Source of the DNA: Bacillota bacterium
GTDB lineage: Bacteria > Bacillota > Clostridia > Christensenellales > CAG-138
DNA: 64,000 bases
Reading direction: 5' to 3'
Assembly (NCBI GenBank): GCA_023400985.1
Contig: JAEXEN010000037.1
Span: forward strand, 35,118-99,117
Part shown: in pieces, positions 1-9,080 of the stretch
Layout of the letters: every line of letters begins with the position of its first letter
Position numbering within the stretch: position 1 is the stretch's first letter
Program-made: the position numbers and the translations under genes
The notes under the pieces: model-generated
The model's input: the letters and a program-made list of their open reading frames with translations, nothing else
Databases searched by the model: none
Told to the model about the DNA's origin: nothing

Positions 1-966
1 GCGCTCCTTCTTACGAGCGGCGTTTCTTTTGCGCTTCCCACCTACCCTGAGAAGACACTTTCGCTCGGCGATTACGGCGATGAGATCACAACGCTCCAAA
101 CGGAACTTCGGTCCATCGGCCTCTATTCCGGCGAGATTACAGGCCTATATGACGAAAACACCCATGCCGCCGTCGCGGCGCTGCAAACCATATTAGGGCT
201 CTCCCCCGACGGCGATTTCGGCGCCGCCACTTATGAAGCGTATATAAACGCGCTCGAAGAGCAGCTTCTCGTACCCATCGATCCCGCAGCCTCGCAGCCG
301 ATCTTATTTAAAGCGCTTGAAGGCAGGGTCGTCGGCATCGACCCGGGGCATCAATTGACCGCCGATATCTCACTTGAGCGCATCTCCCCTGTCTCCAATC
401 TTTTGAAGTACCGCATGAGCGCCGGCGCGACCGGCGTCAAGACGGGCGCCGCGGAATCGCTCATCAACCTTTTGATCGCCCAAAAGCTAAGCGACATGCT
501 TATCGAGGCCGGCGCTACGGTCGTCATGACCCGCACCGAGCAGGAGGTCTTTTTATCCAACGCCCAACGCGCATCGGCCATGAACAAGGCGGGCGTGGAA
601 TTTTGGCTCAGGCTCCACTGCGACGCTTCGTCGGACGCGAAGCTTTCCGGCGCGTGCGTGCTCATCCCAACCGCCGCTGAAGCCCCCGATATTTACGATC
701 AAAGCCTTGTGCTGGGTTTTTCCGTTCTGGACGCTTTCTGCGCCGGTACAGGCGCAAAAAATCTCGGTATCGCATCGCTTTCCGACCAGACGGGCTTCAA
801 CTGGTCGCAAAGCCCCGTCATCACAATCGAAATGGGTTACCTTTCCAATCCATGCGACGATGTGCGCCTCAATCGAGATGCCTATCAAAGCGCCTGCGCG
901 AAGGGTATATTCGACGGCATTCTCGCCTATTGCGCGGCCGAAGAAGCCGTTGACGACATCGCATGA
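1..966 (+). CDS. N-acetylmuramoyl-L-alanine amidase with N-terminal peptidoglycan-binding repeat (5' end outside window)
   Basis: Frame 1 is open from nt 1. The translation has a PG_binding_1-type repeat (LGDYGDEITTLQTELRSIGLYSGEITGLYDENTHAAVAALQ), then Amidase_3-type motifs (VVGIDPGHQ, EFWLRLHCDAS, ITIEMGYLSN). The listed ORF 355..966 is only the C-terminal part. Confidence 0.85.
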   Translation, partial: ALLLTSGVSFALPTYPEKTLSLGDYGDEITTLQTELRSIGLYSGEITGLYDENTHAAVAALQTILGLSPDGDFGAATYEAYINALEEQLLVPIDPAASQPILFKALEGRVVGIDPGHQLTADISLERISPVSNLLKYRMSAGATGVKTGAAESLINLLIAQKLSDMLIEAGATVVMTRTEQEVFLSNAQRASAMNKAGVEFWLRLHCDASSDAKLSGACVLIPTAAEAPDIYDQSLVLGFSVLDAFCAGTGAKNLGIASLSDQTGFNWSQSPVITIEMGYLSNPCDDVRLNRDAYQSACAKGIFDGILAYCAAEEAVDDIA

Positions 967-1820
967 ACGTGGATTTGAAAATGCCGAAACGATACGGCGT
1001 TGCGCTCCTCGTGCTCACGTCGCTTTTTTTATGGAGCTCCTGCGCGAAAACCGTATCGGGTCCCTCCCCTTCGCCCGAGCTTTCTCCCTCTCCTTCCGCC
1101 GCTGTTTCCCCCTCCGTTTCGCCGGAGGATAGTGAAACGGCCGTGGGGAGCTTCCCCGATAATCCCGTTCTTCTTTTCTTTTTAAGCTACGACACAGATA
1201 CCATACTTTCACGCGCCGCATTTTACGACGCGCTTTCCGTCAAAGGCGGCATCGACGCATTGAACGCGATCATGGGGGTCTCCGAAGCCGAGCCCTATCC
1301 TTCCAAGTGCCGTCTGAGCGCGGGAAGGCTTTTGTATGACGGGCTCAATTTCAGCGGCACTGTCTCTAATCCGCAAGGCGAGGGGAGCCTCATGATCGGC
1401 TCTGGCAAGTTTATCTTTACCTACGCGGACGGCACGGCGCTTTACGGCACGGTAGAGGAAGAAAGGCTCGGCTGCTTCGCGCTCGACGCCGACGGCACGT
1501 TTCTCTACATGGTACGCATGGCAAGTTTGGAGGATGAATGGCTTGTATGCGTGGATACACCCATGAAACGAAGCTTGATGCAGTGGGGAAAAGCAAGCCG
1601 TTTTACGAGTTTTTCTGGCGATTTTAAGCCCTATCTGCCGCAGGCGACGCCTACGCCCGTCCAAACGCCCGGTTGGGAGGAAACGGCCGAAAGCGGCGTC
1701 ATACCGGAATTCGCGGAAGAAAACTGGTTTGCATTTTCCTGGGAGGTGCTTTGTGAGGGTGCGGATACCGTCTATGAGCTCGCCGGCGGAACGCTTTTTA
1801 TACGTCCCATAAGCGAATAG
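963..1820 (+). CDS. Putative secreted/lipoprotein of unknown function
   Basis: ATGA start/stop overlap with the amidase gene. The N-terminus (KMPKRYGVALLVLTSLFLWSSCAKT) looks like a lipoprotein signal, followed by an S/P-rich linker. I recognise no domain. Confidence 0.6.
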   Translation: MNVDLKMPKRYGVALLVLTSLFLWSSCAKTVSGPSPSPELSPSPSAAVSPSVSPEDSETAVGSFPDNPVLLFFLSYDTDTILSRAAFYDALSVKGGIDALNAIMGVSEAEPYPSKCRLSAGRLLYDGLNFSGTVSNPQGEGSLMIGSGKFIFTYADGTALYGTVEEERLGCFALDADGTFLYMVRMASLEDEWLVCVDTPMKRSLMQWGKASRFTSFSGDFKPYLPQATPTPVQTPGWEETAESGVIPEFAEENWFAFSWEVLCEGADTVYELAGGTLFIRPISE

Positions 1821-1840
1821 ATTTCTTCAGATCATCCCTT

Positions 1841-1873
1841 GCCGCGTTCGATCAGGACGCGGCTTTTCTGTTT
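1841..1873 (+). terminator. Intrinsic terminator after lipoprotein gene
   Basis: GCCGCGT-N9-ACGCGGC stem followed by TTTTCTGTTT, about 20 nt after the stop codon. Confidence 0.75.
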
Positions 1874-1995
1874 AATTATCAACCTTTCACTGACATATTT
1901 AATACAAATTTCTCCATCAAAATGGCGCAAATCCGTGATGATGCGTCCAAAATTCGCGACTATACTATGAGCATCACAGAAAGGAGCATAACGAT

Positions 1996-3315
1996 ATGGA
2001 AAACGATCGGTATAACGGGGAAGAAAACGCACCCCGCGATCTTGAGCAAAACGCTCCGCAGTGCGACGCCCCATATAGACCCACATATGTAAGGCCCGAA
2101 AGGAAGCCGAAAAGAGCCGTCACATGGACGCAGATGATCGTGGCGCTTTTGGTGGTGGGTCTTCTGAGCGGCGGCCTCGGCGCGCTCATCGTAGGCGGCT
2201 CGCAAAACGCCTTGCAATCTCCAAATAGCTCCGCGGTGCTCACGACCCCCACGCAGGGTGTATCCGACAACGACAGCAATTCGCCTGCCGGCGCTCAGGC
2301 AAACGCACCTTCCTCAGGCATCAAAATGAACGGTGCGTCCACATCCGCCACCTATGACTCCATCACGCAGATGCTGCAAAACTCTATGGCAAGCGTTGTG
2401 CTCATCAGTATCGAGCAGAACGTTTACGGGACGGATGGCCACACGGCCTCGGAACCCGTGGGCAGCGGTTCGGGCGTCATCATCACCTCAGACGGTTACA
2501 TCGTGACCAACAACCATGTGGTTAATGGCGCGAGCGGCCTAAAAGTCACATTGCAGGACGGCACCGAGTATGAAGCCTCCGTCGTGGGCGCTGACAGCCT
2601 TACCGATCTTGCCATCGTCAAGATCGAAACGACCGGTCTGCCCGCGGCGACCTTAGGCAACTCGAGCAGCGTGGTCGTCGGTGATAAGGTCTACGCCATC
2701 GGCAATCCGCTCGGCGTATTCACAAGCTCCGTTTCCGCCGGTATCGTAAGCGGCCTTAACCGCACCATCGAGGTGGAGGGCCAGAGCATGACCCTCATGC
2801 AAACGGATGCCTCCGTCAATCCCGGCAATTCCGGCGGCGGGCTGTTCAATGAAAGCGGCGAGCTCATAGGCATCGTAAACTCCAAGAGCCTCGGTGTGGA
2901 CGTGGAAGGTCTCGGTTTCGCCATCCCTATCGATGACGCAAAGAGCGTGATCGTAGACCTCATCGACCTCGGCTACGTAAGCGGCAGACCGTTTCTGGGC
3001 GTCTCGCTGCAGGAGATCAACCTTGTGGAATCCTCCGACAACCGCAACAGCTACTTCCCGTTTTTCATGCCCTCCAACTATGTGACCCGCGTGCAGGTAA
3101 CAGAGGTCATGGACGGGAGCGCAGCGCAAGCGGCCGGCATGCTGGTAAACGACATCATCCTTGCCGTAAACACAGAGGAGATCAACGGTTCCTCCGAGCT
3201 TGCTTCGGCCCTGTATGAATATAAGATCGGCGATGTGGTAACAATAACCGTGCAGCGGGGTAACGAGAGTGTGGACCTGAAGGTGACCCTCGCCGAGCGC
3301 CCCGCAAGCAACTGA
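1996..3315 (+). CDS. htrA: HtrA/DegP-family serine protease with PDZ domain
   Basis: N-terminal TM segment. Trypsin-like triad context (TNNHVV, DLAIVK, GNSGGGLF). C-terminal PDZ-like region (GVSLQEI...VTEVMDGSAAQAAGMLVNDIILAVN). Confidence 0.9.
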   Translation: MENDRYNGEENAPRDLEQNAPQCDAPYRPTYVRPERKPKRAVTWTQMIVALLVVGLLSGGLGALIVGGSQNALQSPNSSAVLTTPTQGVSDNDSNSPAGAQANAPSSGIKMNGASTSATYDSITQMLQNSMASVVLISIEQNVYGTDGHTASEPVGSGSGVIITSDGYIVTNNHVVNGASGLKVTLQDGTEYEASVVGADSLTDLAIVKIETTGLPAATLGNSSSVVVGDKVYAIGNPLGVFTSSVSAGIVSGLNRTIEVEGQSMTLMQTDASVNPGNSGGGLFNESGELIGIVNSKSLGVDVEGLGFAIPIDDAKSVIVDLIDLGYVSGRPFLGVSLQEINLVESSDNRNSYFPFFMPSNYVTRVQVTEVMDGSAAQAAGMLVNDIILAVNTEEINGSSELASALYEYKIGDVVTITVQRGNESVDLKVTLAERPASN

Positions 3316-3371
3316 CGGTCATTCCGACAGGAGCCCCCACTCCTTCGATGACATACCCCCAACCATCTTGC

Positions 3372-3881
3372 TGCCGTGGTTCCCCAACACGGCAACCAAA
3401 AAAAGCGGCTTGTGCCGCTTTTTTTGGCGCTTCGCTTTCGCGGCTATGGCTTGCGAGTCATAGCCGCGAGGGAGAACGAAGGTTTTACGCATCCGCCTGT
3501 TGGGTCTGCGGGCTCTCCCGAGCGGCGGATGCGCAAAGAAAGACTACGCCTTCCATCCGTTTCGGCACGCAAGGCCGCAGGCCTTGGCCCGAAGGGCTCC
3601 GGCTTCGCCGGACGTGTACACGCCGCCGAAGCCGGAACAAAATAAGGGGCCGCGGCCCCTTATTAATCCCTTGGAGTTTCGGGGGCTCGGCCCGGACCCC
3701 CGCGAAACGGTCACCGTTCCGCAACGGTGCGGACATATATGATATAACGTTCCCTGTAGGAGAAAGGGCTCGCCCCTGCCGATTTTGCAGAAGCGCAAAC
3801 CGCCGTACACACGCGCGGGCCGATATGGAATCGGCCCCTACGGTATATCGTAGTAGTAGGGCGGAATGATTTCATCCCGCC
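3372..3881. other. Array of about ten independent GC-rich stem-loops in a non-coding convergent gap
   Basis: Stems read directly from the sequence:
- 3372-3394: TGCCGTG/CACGGCA
- 3398-3425
- 3438-3469: 11 bp
- 3488-3533: 10 bp
- 3570-3586
- 3598-3636: 10 bp, enclosing the palindrome CGTGTACACG
- 3641-3664: perfect 24-nt palindrome AATAAGGGGCCGCGGCCCCTTATT
- 3677-3707
- 3712-3729
- 3817-3837: nested in CCGTA/TACGG
- 3859-3881
The ORFs listed here are Arg/Pro-rich with no motif. Confidence 0.6.
3398..3425. terminator. Bidirectional intrinsic terminator downstream of htrA
   Basis: AAAAAAAGCGGC-TTGT-GCCGCTTTTTTT. An A-tract and a T-tract flank a GC stem. Confidence 0.8.
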
Positions 3882-3907
3882 GCGTATTTATGCCCTGTAG
3901 GCTTTAC

Positions 3908-4000
3908 CTAATATACAAACCCCGCGATCACGCCGTAGAGAATGCCGGCCAGCATCAGCAGCACGATCACAAGCGAAAGAATACGAACCTTTTTGCTCAA
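3908..4000 (-). CDS. Candidate 30-aa single-pass membrane peptide (below the ORF-track cutoff)
   Basis: The minus strand reads GAAAGGTGAAGGGCA-TTG AGC AAA AAG..., giving (M)SKKVRILSLVIVLLMLAGILYGVIAGFVY*. It has an SD-like GGTGA 6 nt before the TTG. The third codon position is G/C-rich, like neighbouring genes. It sits 35 nt after the propeller gene stop. Confidence 0.45.
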   Translation of the reverse strand: MSKKVRILSLVIVLLMLAGILYGVIAGFVY

Positions 4001-4035
4001 TGCCCTTCACCTTTCTTACACAAACTTTTTAAAAA

Positions 4036-5841
4036 TCAGCCCAGCCGCACGCATACGACTTTGGGCGTATCGCCGCTGCCATACTGGCCGCGCGTGCCCA
4101 CAACGATCATGTTGTTGAACACCGCGGGCGTCGACTCGATACGGGAGCCGATGTCGAGCTCGTAAAGCACCTTGCCGTCACGCGGGTCATGGATGCGCAT
4201 GATGCCGCCGCGGTCACACTGGATGAGATACGCGTTTTCTTTCTCATCGTAAACCACCACGGGCGAGCTCCAATATCCGTCCGACTGCTCGTAGCGCCAA
4301 AGCTCGTCCCCTTTCACCTTGTCGTAGGCGATGAGGCGCGCGCCTACCGTGCTTTCGCCATTTACCGTAACGGGTAGTAACGTGGAGCTGTAAATAACGA
4401 TATCGGAAATATTGCCGTGCCCTACATGCGGCGTTGTAAGCGTGCCGCCGTTGGAGGATTCCCTGCCGATGTTGGCGTCGTAGGTTTTTTCCCAAAGCAC
4501 CTCGCCCGTAAGACCGTCGATCTTGCGGTGCACGTTTTTGCCGAGGCCGTTTGTAACGCTCTTTTGCTTATCTACCTCGTTTGCCGTATAAAGATAAAAG
4601 GTTTTGTTTTCGGGGTCCTCTTCAATGACGATGCTCGTATCGCTGTCGTCGAGCACGTCCACGACATACTGCGGCTCGAGCGTGTTGAGATCCAGGCATT
4701 GCAGATACCCGCCGTTGTCGGTGAAAAACGCATACTCGCGCCATACGGCGACGGAGTTTTCGATACCCCACCAGCGGTTCGTATCACCCTCGCCGTAGCC
4801 GCTTGCCGTGTAACGGTATTTGGTGAGCGGATCGGGGTCGATGCTTATCGTGCCCGCGTCTGGGTCGTATTGTGTGTTGAGCTTCATGGTGTACAACACG
4901 CCGTTTTCCCCCGGCTGGATAAGGGTGTCCGTTTCCGCGTCGACGAGAGCGCTCGAGTCGTACGCCTGAAATTTGCGGTACGAAAACGGGTCTTCACCGC
5001 CGTAAGCCTTGAGCACCTTGTTATCGATGAGAGAAATGATGCGAAACCACGCGCCCGCGCCGTTCACATCGGAGGGTATGCCCTGCCCCGTAAACAAAAG
5101 CGGGTAACCGCGCGGGTCGAGTGAAGCGGTGCCCTTGGTTACGACGCCGATGTTGATGGGGTCGCGCGTGGGTTCGCCGCTTTCAAGCTCCCAGAAGTAG
5201 ATATTGCCATCCATCGTCGGGTAAATGACCTCGGTAAAGCCCGATTTGGTTTTATATTGGTCGTACACGCCGAGCGTCGCGCGCACTGTATCATCCCATT
5301 GCACGATGAGCGGCATGCCGGTCCAGCCGGTACCTGTCCATGTGCCGTAATCCGGCACGCTGAGGGAACCGATATCCTTGGCCCAAACGCGCGTGAGCGT
5401 CTTTTGCGTAACGGTGGCCGTACCGTAGGTGAAAGAGTCGCGGTAATTGCTGCCGCCGAAGGTGATGATGCCCTTCACTTTCGTATACTCGGCCCCGGTG
5501 CCGAACGTGATGGGCGTTTCGCGGCTATAGCTTGAAACCTCCTGCTTATTGGCCATCACGGAACTTGAAAAGCCGATGTCGCTGAAGCTCTCCGCCGTCC
5601 CCTTTTGAATGGCAAGCTCTTCTGAAAGCGTAGGAATTGGGGTAGGCGTCGGCTCAGGCAGCGACATGCTTGGCGGTGGCGTCGTCCCCTCCGTATTTCC
5701 GCCCCCGCCGCCCTTTTTGAACAGCTTTGGCAAAAATACGACGAGTGAGGCTACGACGCCCAAAAAGACTGCCGCAACCAGAAACCGCCGCAAACCATAT
5801 CTGGGTGAATGTCTGAACCTCCTTCGCGTTTGTCTGCCCAT
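4036..5841 (-). CDS. Membrane-anchored PQQ-like (BamB-type) beta-propeller repeat protein
   Basis: N-terminal Arg-rich tail plus TM helix, then a P/T-rich linker. The C-terminal part has repeated propeller-blade-like segments (e.g. GDELWRYEQSDGYWSSPVVVYD, DGKVLYELDIGSRIESTPAVFNNMIVVGT). SD GAGGAGAGAGG lies upstream of the ATG. Confidence 0.8.
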   Translation of the reverse strand: MGRQTRRRFRHSPRYGLRRFLVAAVFLGVVASLVVFLPKLFKKGGGGGNTEGTTPPPSMSLPEPTPTPIPTLSEELAIQKGTAESFSDIGFSSSVMANKQEVSSYSRETPITFGTGAEYTKVKGIITFGGSNYRDSFTYGTATVTQKTLTRVWAKDIGSLSVPDYGTWTGTGWTGMPLIVQWDDTVRATLGVYDQYKTKSGFTEVIYPTMDGNIYFWELESGEPTRDPINIGVVTKGTASLDPRGYPLLFTGQGIPSDVNGAGAWFRIISLIDNKVLKAYGGEDPFSYRKFQAYDSSALVDAETDTLIQPGENGVLYTMKLNTQYDPDAGTISIDPDPLTKYRYTASGYGEGDTNRWWGIENSVAVWREYAFFTDNGGYLQCLDLNTLEPQYVVDVLDDSDTSIVIEEDPENKTFYLYTANEVDKQKSVTNGLGKNVHRKIDGLTGEVLWEKTYDANIGRESSNGGTLTTPHVGHGNISDIVIYSSTLLPVTVNGESTVGARLIAYDKVKGDELWRYEQSDGYWSSPVVVYDEKENAYLIQCDRGGIMRIHDPRDGKVLYELDIGSRIESTPAVFNNMIVVGTRGQYGSGDTPKVVCVRLG

Positions 5842-5857
5842 GGATTCCTCTCTCCTC

Positions 5858-6820
5858 TTATTCTTCCGGCGTCTGCGTCGGCTCGGGGGTCGGCGTCGCG
5901 AGATCTTCTACGCTGTCGACAAACGCAATGCTGCCGTTCCCGTTTTCAAAGCGGGCCTCGGGGGTGCAGCTTCCCAAAATGCGCACGTCTTCGTCAAGCG
6001 TATAGATGAATAACCCCGCTCCCTTTTCGCCACCCGCAGCTTCGATGGTGACCGCCCCTTCCACGCTGAGCGTATTCGTTTCCGCGCCATGATAAAGGCC
6101 GTTATTCGTGACATGAAGCGTGCAGCCATCCGTCAGCACCAGCGCGCGCGCACACTGTAGCGCGTTATAATTTTCATCCGTTTGCGCATAGAGTTTCGAT
6201 TCCGCCATGAGCGTAACGTCGCCGTCGGTTGACGTGACGCCTCCCATACCGCCCGAAGCGTTCAGTTCTGCGCTATCTAGGAGCGTAACGCCTCGCGCGA
6301 CCGCGCCGCTTCCTTCCTGCGCCGTAAAGGTAAGGCTGCTTTTATTTCCGATCGTCAAAAGTCCTATGCAGTTGGCGGCATTCGCAACGCCCTTCACGGT
6401 GGCGTTATTGCCGCAGATCGTACAGTCGCCCAAGGCGCCTATGCCGTCGTAGCCGCCCACGATGGTAACGTCGTTGAGCGTGAGTTTCATATTGTCCTCA
6501 AGGCGTATCACGCAGTCGCCGCTGCCGGTAATGGTAAAACCGTTGCCCTCAATGGTAAAATCACCGCGCGCACGCGTGAGCTTGAGCATGCCGCGTTCAA
6601 GGTCTATATTGTTTTGGAGCACGGCCGTATTGCCCTCGCCGCTCTCGACGAACGCGATCAGATCGCCGGCGGTCACGATGGAGGAACCGCCCACGGGGTC
6701 TGAAAGGTCGATCTTTTCCCCGTTATCTCCCTCCGTGCCGGAGCATGAAGCCGTTGCCGCGCAGAACGCGGCGGCAAGGAGAAAGAGGAAAAACCGCCGG
6801 AACGTGCTTTTTAGGGTCAT
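5858..6820 (-). CDS. Putative lipoprotein with right-handed beta-helix-like repeats
   Basis: I place the start at MTLKSTFRRFFLFLLAAAFCAATASCSG (ATG 6820). It has SD GGAGGAAGAATC and an ATGA overlap with the thyX stop. The body is G/N/T-rich with periodic (I/V/L)x(I/V/L)xG motifs typical of parallel beta-helix proteins. The upstream extension to 6955 overlaps thyX and is unlikely to be translated. Confidence 0.7.
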   Translation of the reverse strand: MTLKSTFRRFFLFLLAAAFCAATASCSGTEGDNGEKIDLSDPVGGSSIVTAGDLIAFVESGEGNTAVLQNNIDLERGMLKLTRARGDFTIEGNGFTITGSGDCVIRLEDNMKLTLNDVTIVGGYDGIGALGDCTICGNNATVKGVANAANCIGLLTIGNKSSLTFTAQEGSGAVARGVTLLDSAELNASGGMGGVTSTDGDVTLMAESKLYAQTDENYNALQCARALVLTDGCTLHVTNNGLYHGAETNTLSVEGAVTIEAAGGEKGAGLFIYTLDEDVRILGSCTPEARFENGNGSIAFVDSVEDLATPTPEPTQTPEE

Positions 6821-7452
6821 GATTCTTCCTCCGCATTCAAACCGCCAAAGAGCGCCGGCGCTTTTTCCTTGAGCTCCTTTAACAGTCTGCCCATTAGTTC
6901 GCGCGCCTGCGGATGCGCCGCGCGCGCCGCGCGAAGCGATAGGATATGCCGCCACTCGCGCACGTTCGCCGTGACGATGAGCTCAGTCTTGAGGCTGTTT
7001 GGCAGCACGCTTCGCGCTTCCTCGGGGGCACAGCCGGCGTCTAGCAGCTCGAAATATGCCTGTTCGGCCGCCTCACAGGATGACTTCCAGATACTATAGC
7101 GCTCGCTGCCCACTTCAAAAAAGCATGGCTCGATCACTGTGATCTCGCTGCCGAATTTACCGTTTGCGTAATTGATATAGCGGGTGGATTCCTGCGAAAA
7201 CGATGCGATCCTGTGGCGCACGATCTCATGGGAAACGCCCCTGTCGCATACGAATTTCACGGTGAAGCCCGCGTGTTCTAGCACAGACCCGTGCCCGCGC
7301 GAAACGATACCCTTCACGAAGCGTGCGGCGGAATCTTCGGTGATCTTATCCTCCGATTTGTAACAGACGCGCCCGCACATCTCGATCTTTTTGAGCATTT
7401 CCTCGGGGTCGAAACCGCCGATGAATTCGTAATAAGGTTTTATGATCTTCAT
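6817..7452 (-). CDS. thyX: FAD-dependent thymidylate synthase ThyX
   Basis: ThyX signature RHRIASFSQESTRY. Start placed at ATG 7452 (MKIIKPYYEF), preceded by GAGG at 6-nt spacing. The listed ORF begins at an upstream GTG. Confidence 0.95.
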   Translation of the reverse strand: MKIIKPYYEFIGGFDPEEMLKKIEMCGRVCYKSEDKITEDSAARFVKGIVSRGHGSVLEHAGFTVKFVCDRGVSHEIVRHRIASFSQESTRYINYANGKFGSEITVIEPCFFEVGSERYSIWKSSCEAAEQAYFELLDAGCAPEEARSVLPNSLKTELIVTANVREWRHILSLRAARAAHPQARELMGRLLKELKEKAPALFGGLNAEEES

Positions 7453-7460
7453 ACTATACC

Positions 7461-9068
7461 TCACGTAACGCTGAATTTTTCCATCACGGCGTCCGCCGCC
7501 TTCATGCCGTCCACCGCAGCGCTTACGATACCACCCGCATACCCCGCGCCCTCGCCGGCCGGATAGAGGCCGCGCATGCGCGGCGCCTGCATGGAATTGT
7601 CGCGAACGATGCGCAGCGGCGCGCTCGTGCGACTTTCCACGGCTGTAAGCACCGCATCGCCCATATCGAAGCCCTTGAGCTTAAAGGAAAACGCGCGTAT
7701 GCCTGCAGCGATACCCGCCGCAACATAATCCGGCAGGCATTTGTACAGGCTTTCGGCCTTCACGCCCGGCAGATAGGAGGGTTTTACACTCCCGAAGCCC
7801 TTTGGTGCGGACTTATTTAAAAAGTCCTCCACGCGCGACGCGGGCGCGATAAACCCATCGCCGCCCAAACGATATGCCGCGCGCTCTAGCGCCTCCTGAA
7901 AGCGCATGCCGTCGAGCGGGCCAAATCCGAAGTCCTGCGGCGTCACCTGCACCACGATGGCGGAATTGGAGTTTTCCCCGTCGCGGGCGTGATAGCTCAT
8001 ACCGTTCACGACCACCTGTTCCTCACCGGACGCGGAGGCGATCACCGTACCGCCCGGGCACATGCAAAAGGTATATACGCCACGCTCGCCGTACCTGTCC
8101 GCCAGCGCGTATTCCGCAGCGCCGAGCCGCGGGTGGTTTGCAAACGCGCCGTACTGTGATCGGTCTATGAGCGATCGGGGATGCTCCACGCGCACGCCCA
8201 CGGCAAAGGCCTTCGGCTGGAGCTCCAAATGCCTCTTTTCCAAAAGCTCGTAGGTATCGCGCGCACCCTGCCCTGTCGCAAGAATGCATGCGCAGCACTC
8301 GATGCGCTCGCGCTTTCCGTTTTGTTCGACCTTTACGGCCGTCAACGTACCGCTTTCGTCCGTCTCAAGGTCGACAAGCCTTGTTGAAAAGCGAAGCTCC
8401 GCGCCGAGAGCCGTAAGCTTTTCCCGCATGCTTTTGAGCGTTACAAGGAGCTTGTCCGTTCCCACATGCGGCTTCGCCATATAGAGTATTTCCTCCGGCG
8501 CACCGTTTTGTTTCAAGATTTCCAATACCATTGCCGCCCGCGCGTCCTTGATGCGCGTCGTGAGCTTGCCGTCCGAAAACGCGCCCGCCCCGCCCTCGCC
8601 GAACATGATGTTGCTTTCCGTATTGAGCGCGGCGCTTTCAAAAAAGCGGTCCACGTCGACTTGCCGCTCCTCTACGCGTTTGCCGCGTTCCGTTACGATG
8701 GGCTTGTAGCCAAATTGCGTAAGGCGGTATGCGGCAAACAGTCCCGCGGGCCCGAGGCCCGCGACGACCACCGGTTTAACGAGCGGGGTATCGCCGAAGC
8801 GCGGAGGCGCATCTTTCTTTTCGGGCACGGGCGATATGAAGGAAAGGCCCCGCTTTAAAATGTGCTTTTCCTCCGCCCCGTCGAGCGTGACAAGCACGGA
8901 GCAATTGTAGACGATATTGTTTTTCTTGCGCGCATCGAGCGACATGCGCACGACGCGCAGGCTCTGTATCGCCTGCGCCGGTTTATGAACAGCCCTCGCC
9001 GCAAGCTCGCGCAGCGAGGACTCGTCCGCATCAAGGGGAAGCTGCAGTTCGGAGATTACGATCGCCAT
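7461..9068 (-). CDS. NAD(P)/FAD-dependent oxidoreductase (COG2509-type uncharacterised FAD dehydrogenase)
   Basis: N-terminal leader typical of this family (ISELQLPLDADESSLRELAA...SLDARKK), then a dinucleotide-binding motif (VVVAGLGPAGLFAA) and a C-terminal GEGAGYAGGIVSAAVDG motif. Confidence 0.85.
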   Translation of the reverse strand: MAIVISELQLPLDADESSLRELAARAVHKPAQAIQSLRVVRMSLDARKKNNIVYNCSVLVTLDGAEEKHILKRGLSFISPVPEKKDAPPRFGDTPLVKPVVVAGLGPAGLFAAYRLTQFGYKPIVTERGKRVEERQVDVDRFFESAALNTESNIMFGEGGAGAFSDGKLTTRIKDARAAMVLEILKQNGAPEEILYMAKPHVGTDKLLVTLKSMREKLTALGAELRFSTRLVDLETDESGTLTAVKVEQNGKRERIECCACILATGQGARDTYELLEKRHLELQPKAFAVGVRVEHPRSLIDRSQYGAFANHPRLGAAEYALADRYGERGVYTFCMCPGGTVIASASGEEQVVVNGMSYHARDGENSNSAIVVQVTPQDFGFGPLDGMRFQEALERAAYRLGGDGFIAPASRVEDFLNKSAPKGFGSVKPSYLPGVKAESLYKCLPDYVAAGIAAGIRAFSFKLKGFDMGDAVLTAVESRTSAPLRIVRDNSMQAPRMRGLYPAGEGAGYAGGIVSAAVDGMKAADAVMEKFSVT

Positions 9069-9080
9069 ACAGTAGTATCC

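Noticed and set aside
3348-3869. Overlapping ORFs of 80-173 aa on both strands in the htrA-downstream gap.
   Set aside because: Their translations are dominated by Arg, Pro, Gly and Ser, with no motif, SD or start context. The region is better explained by the hairpin array.
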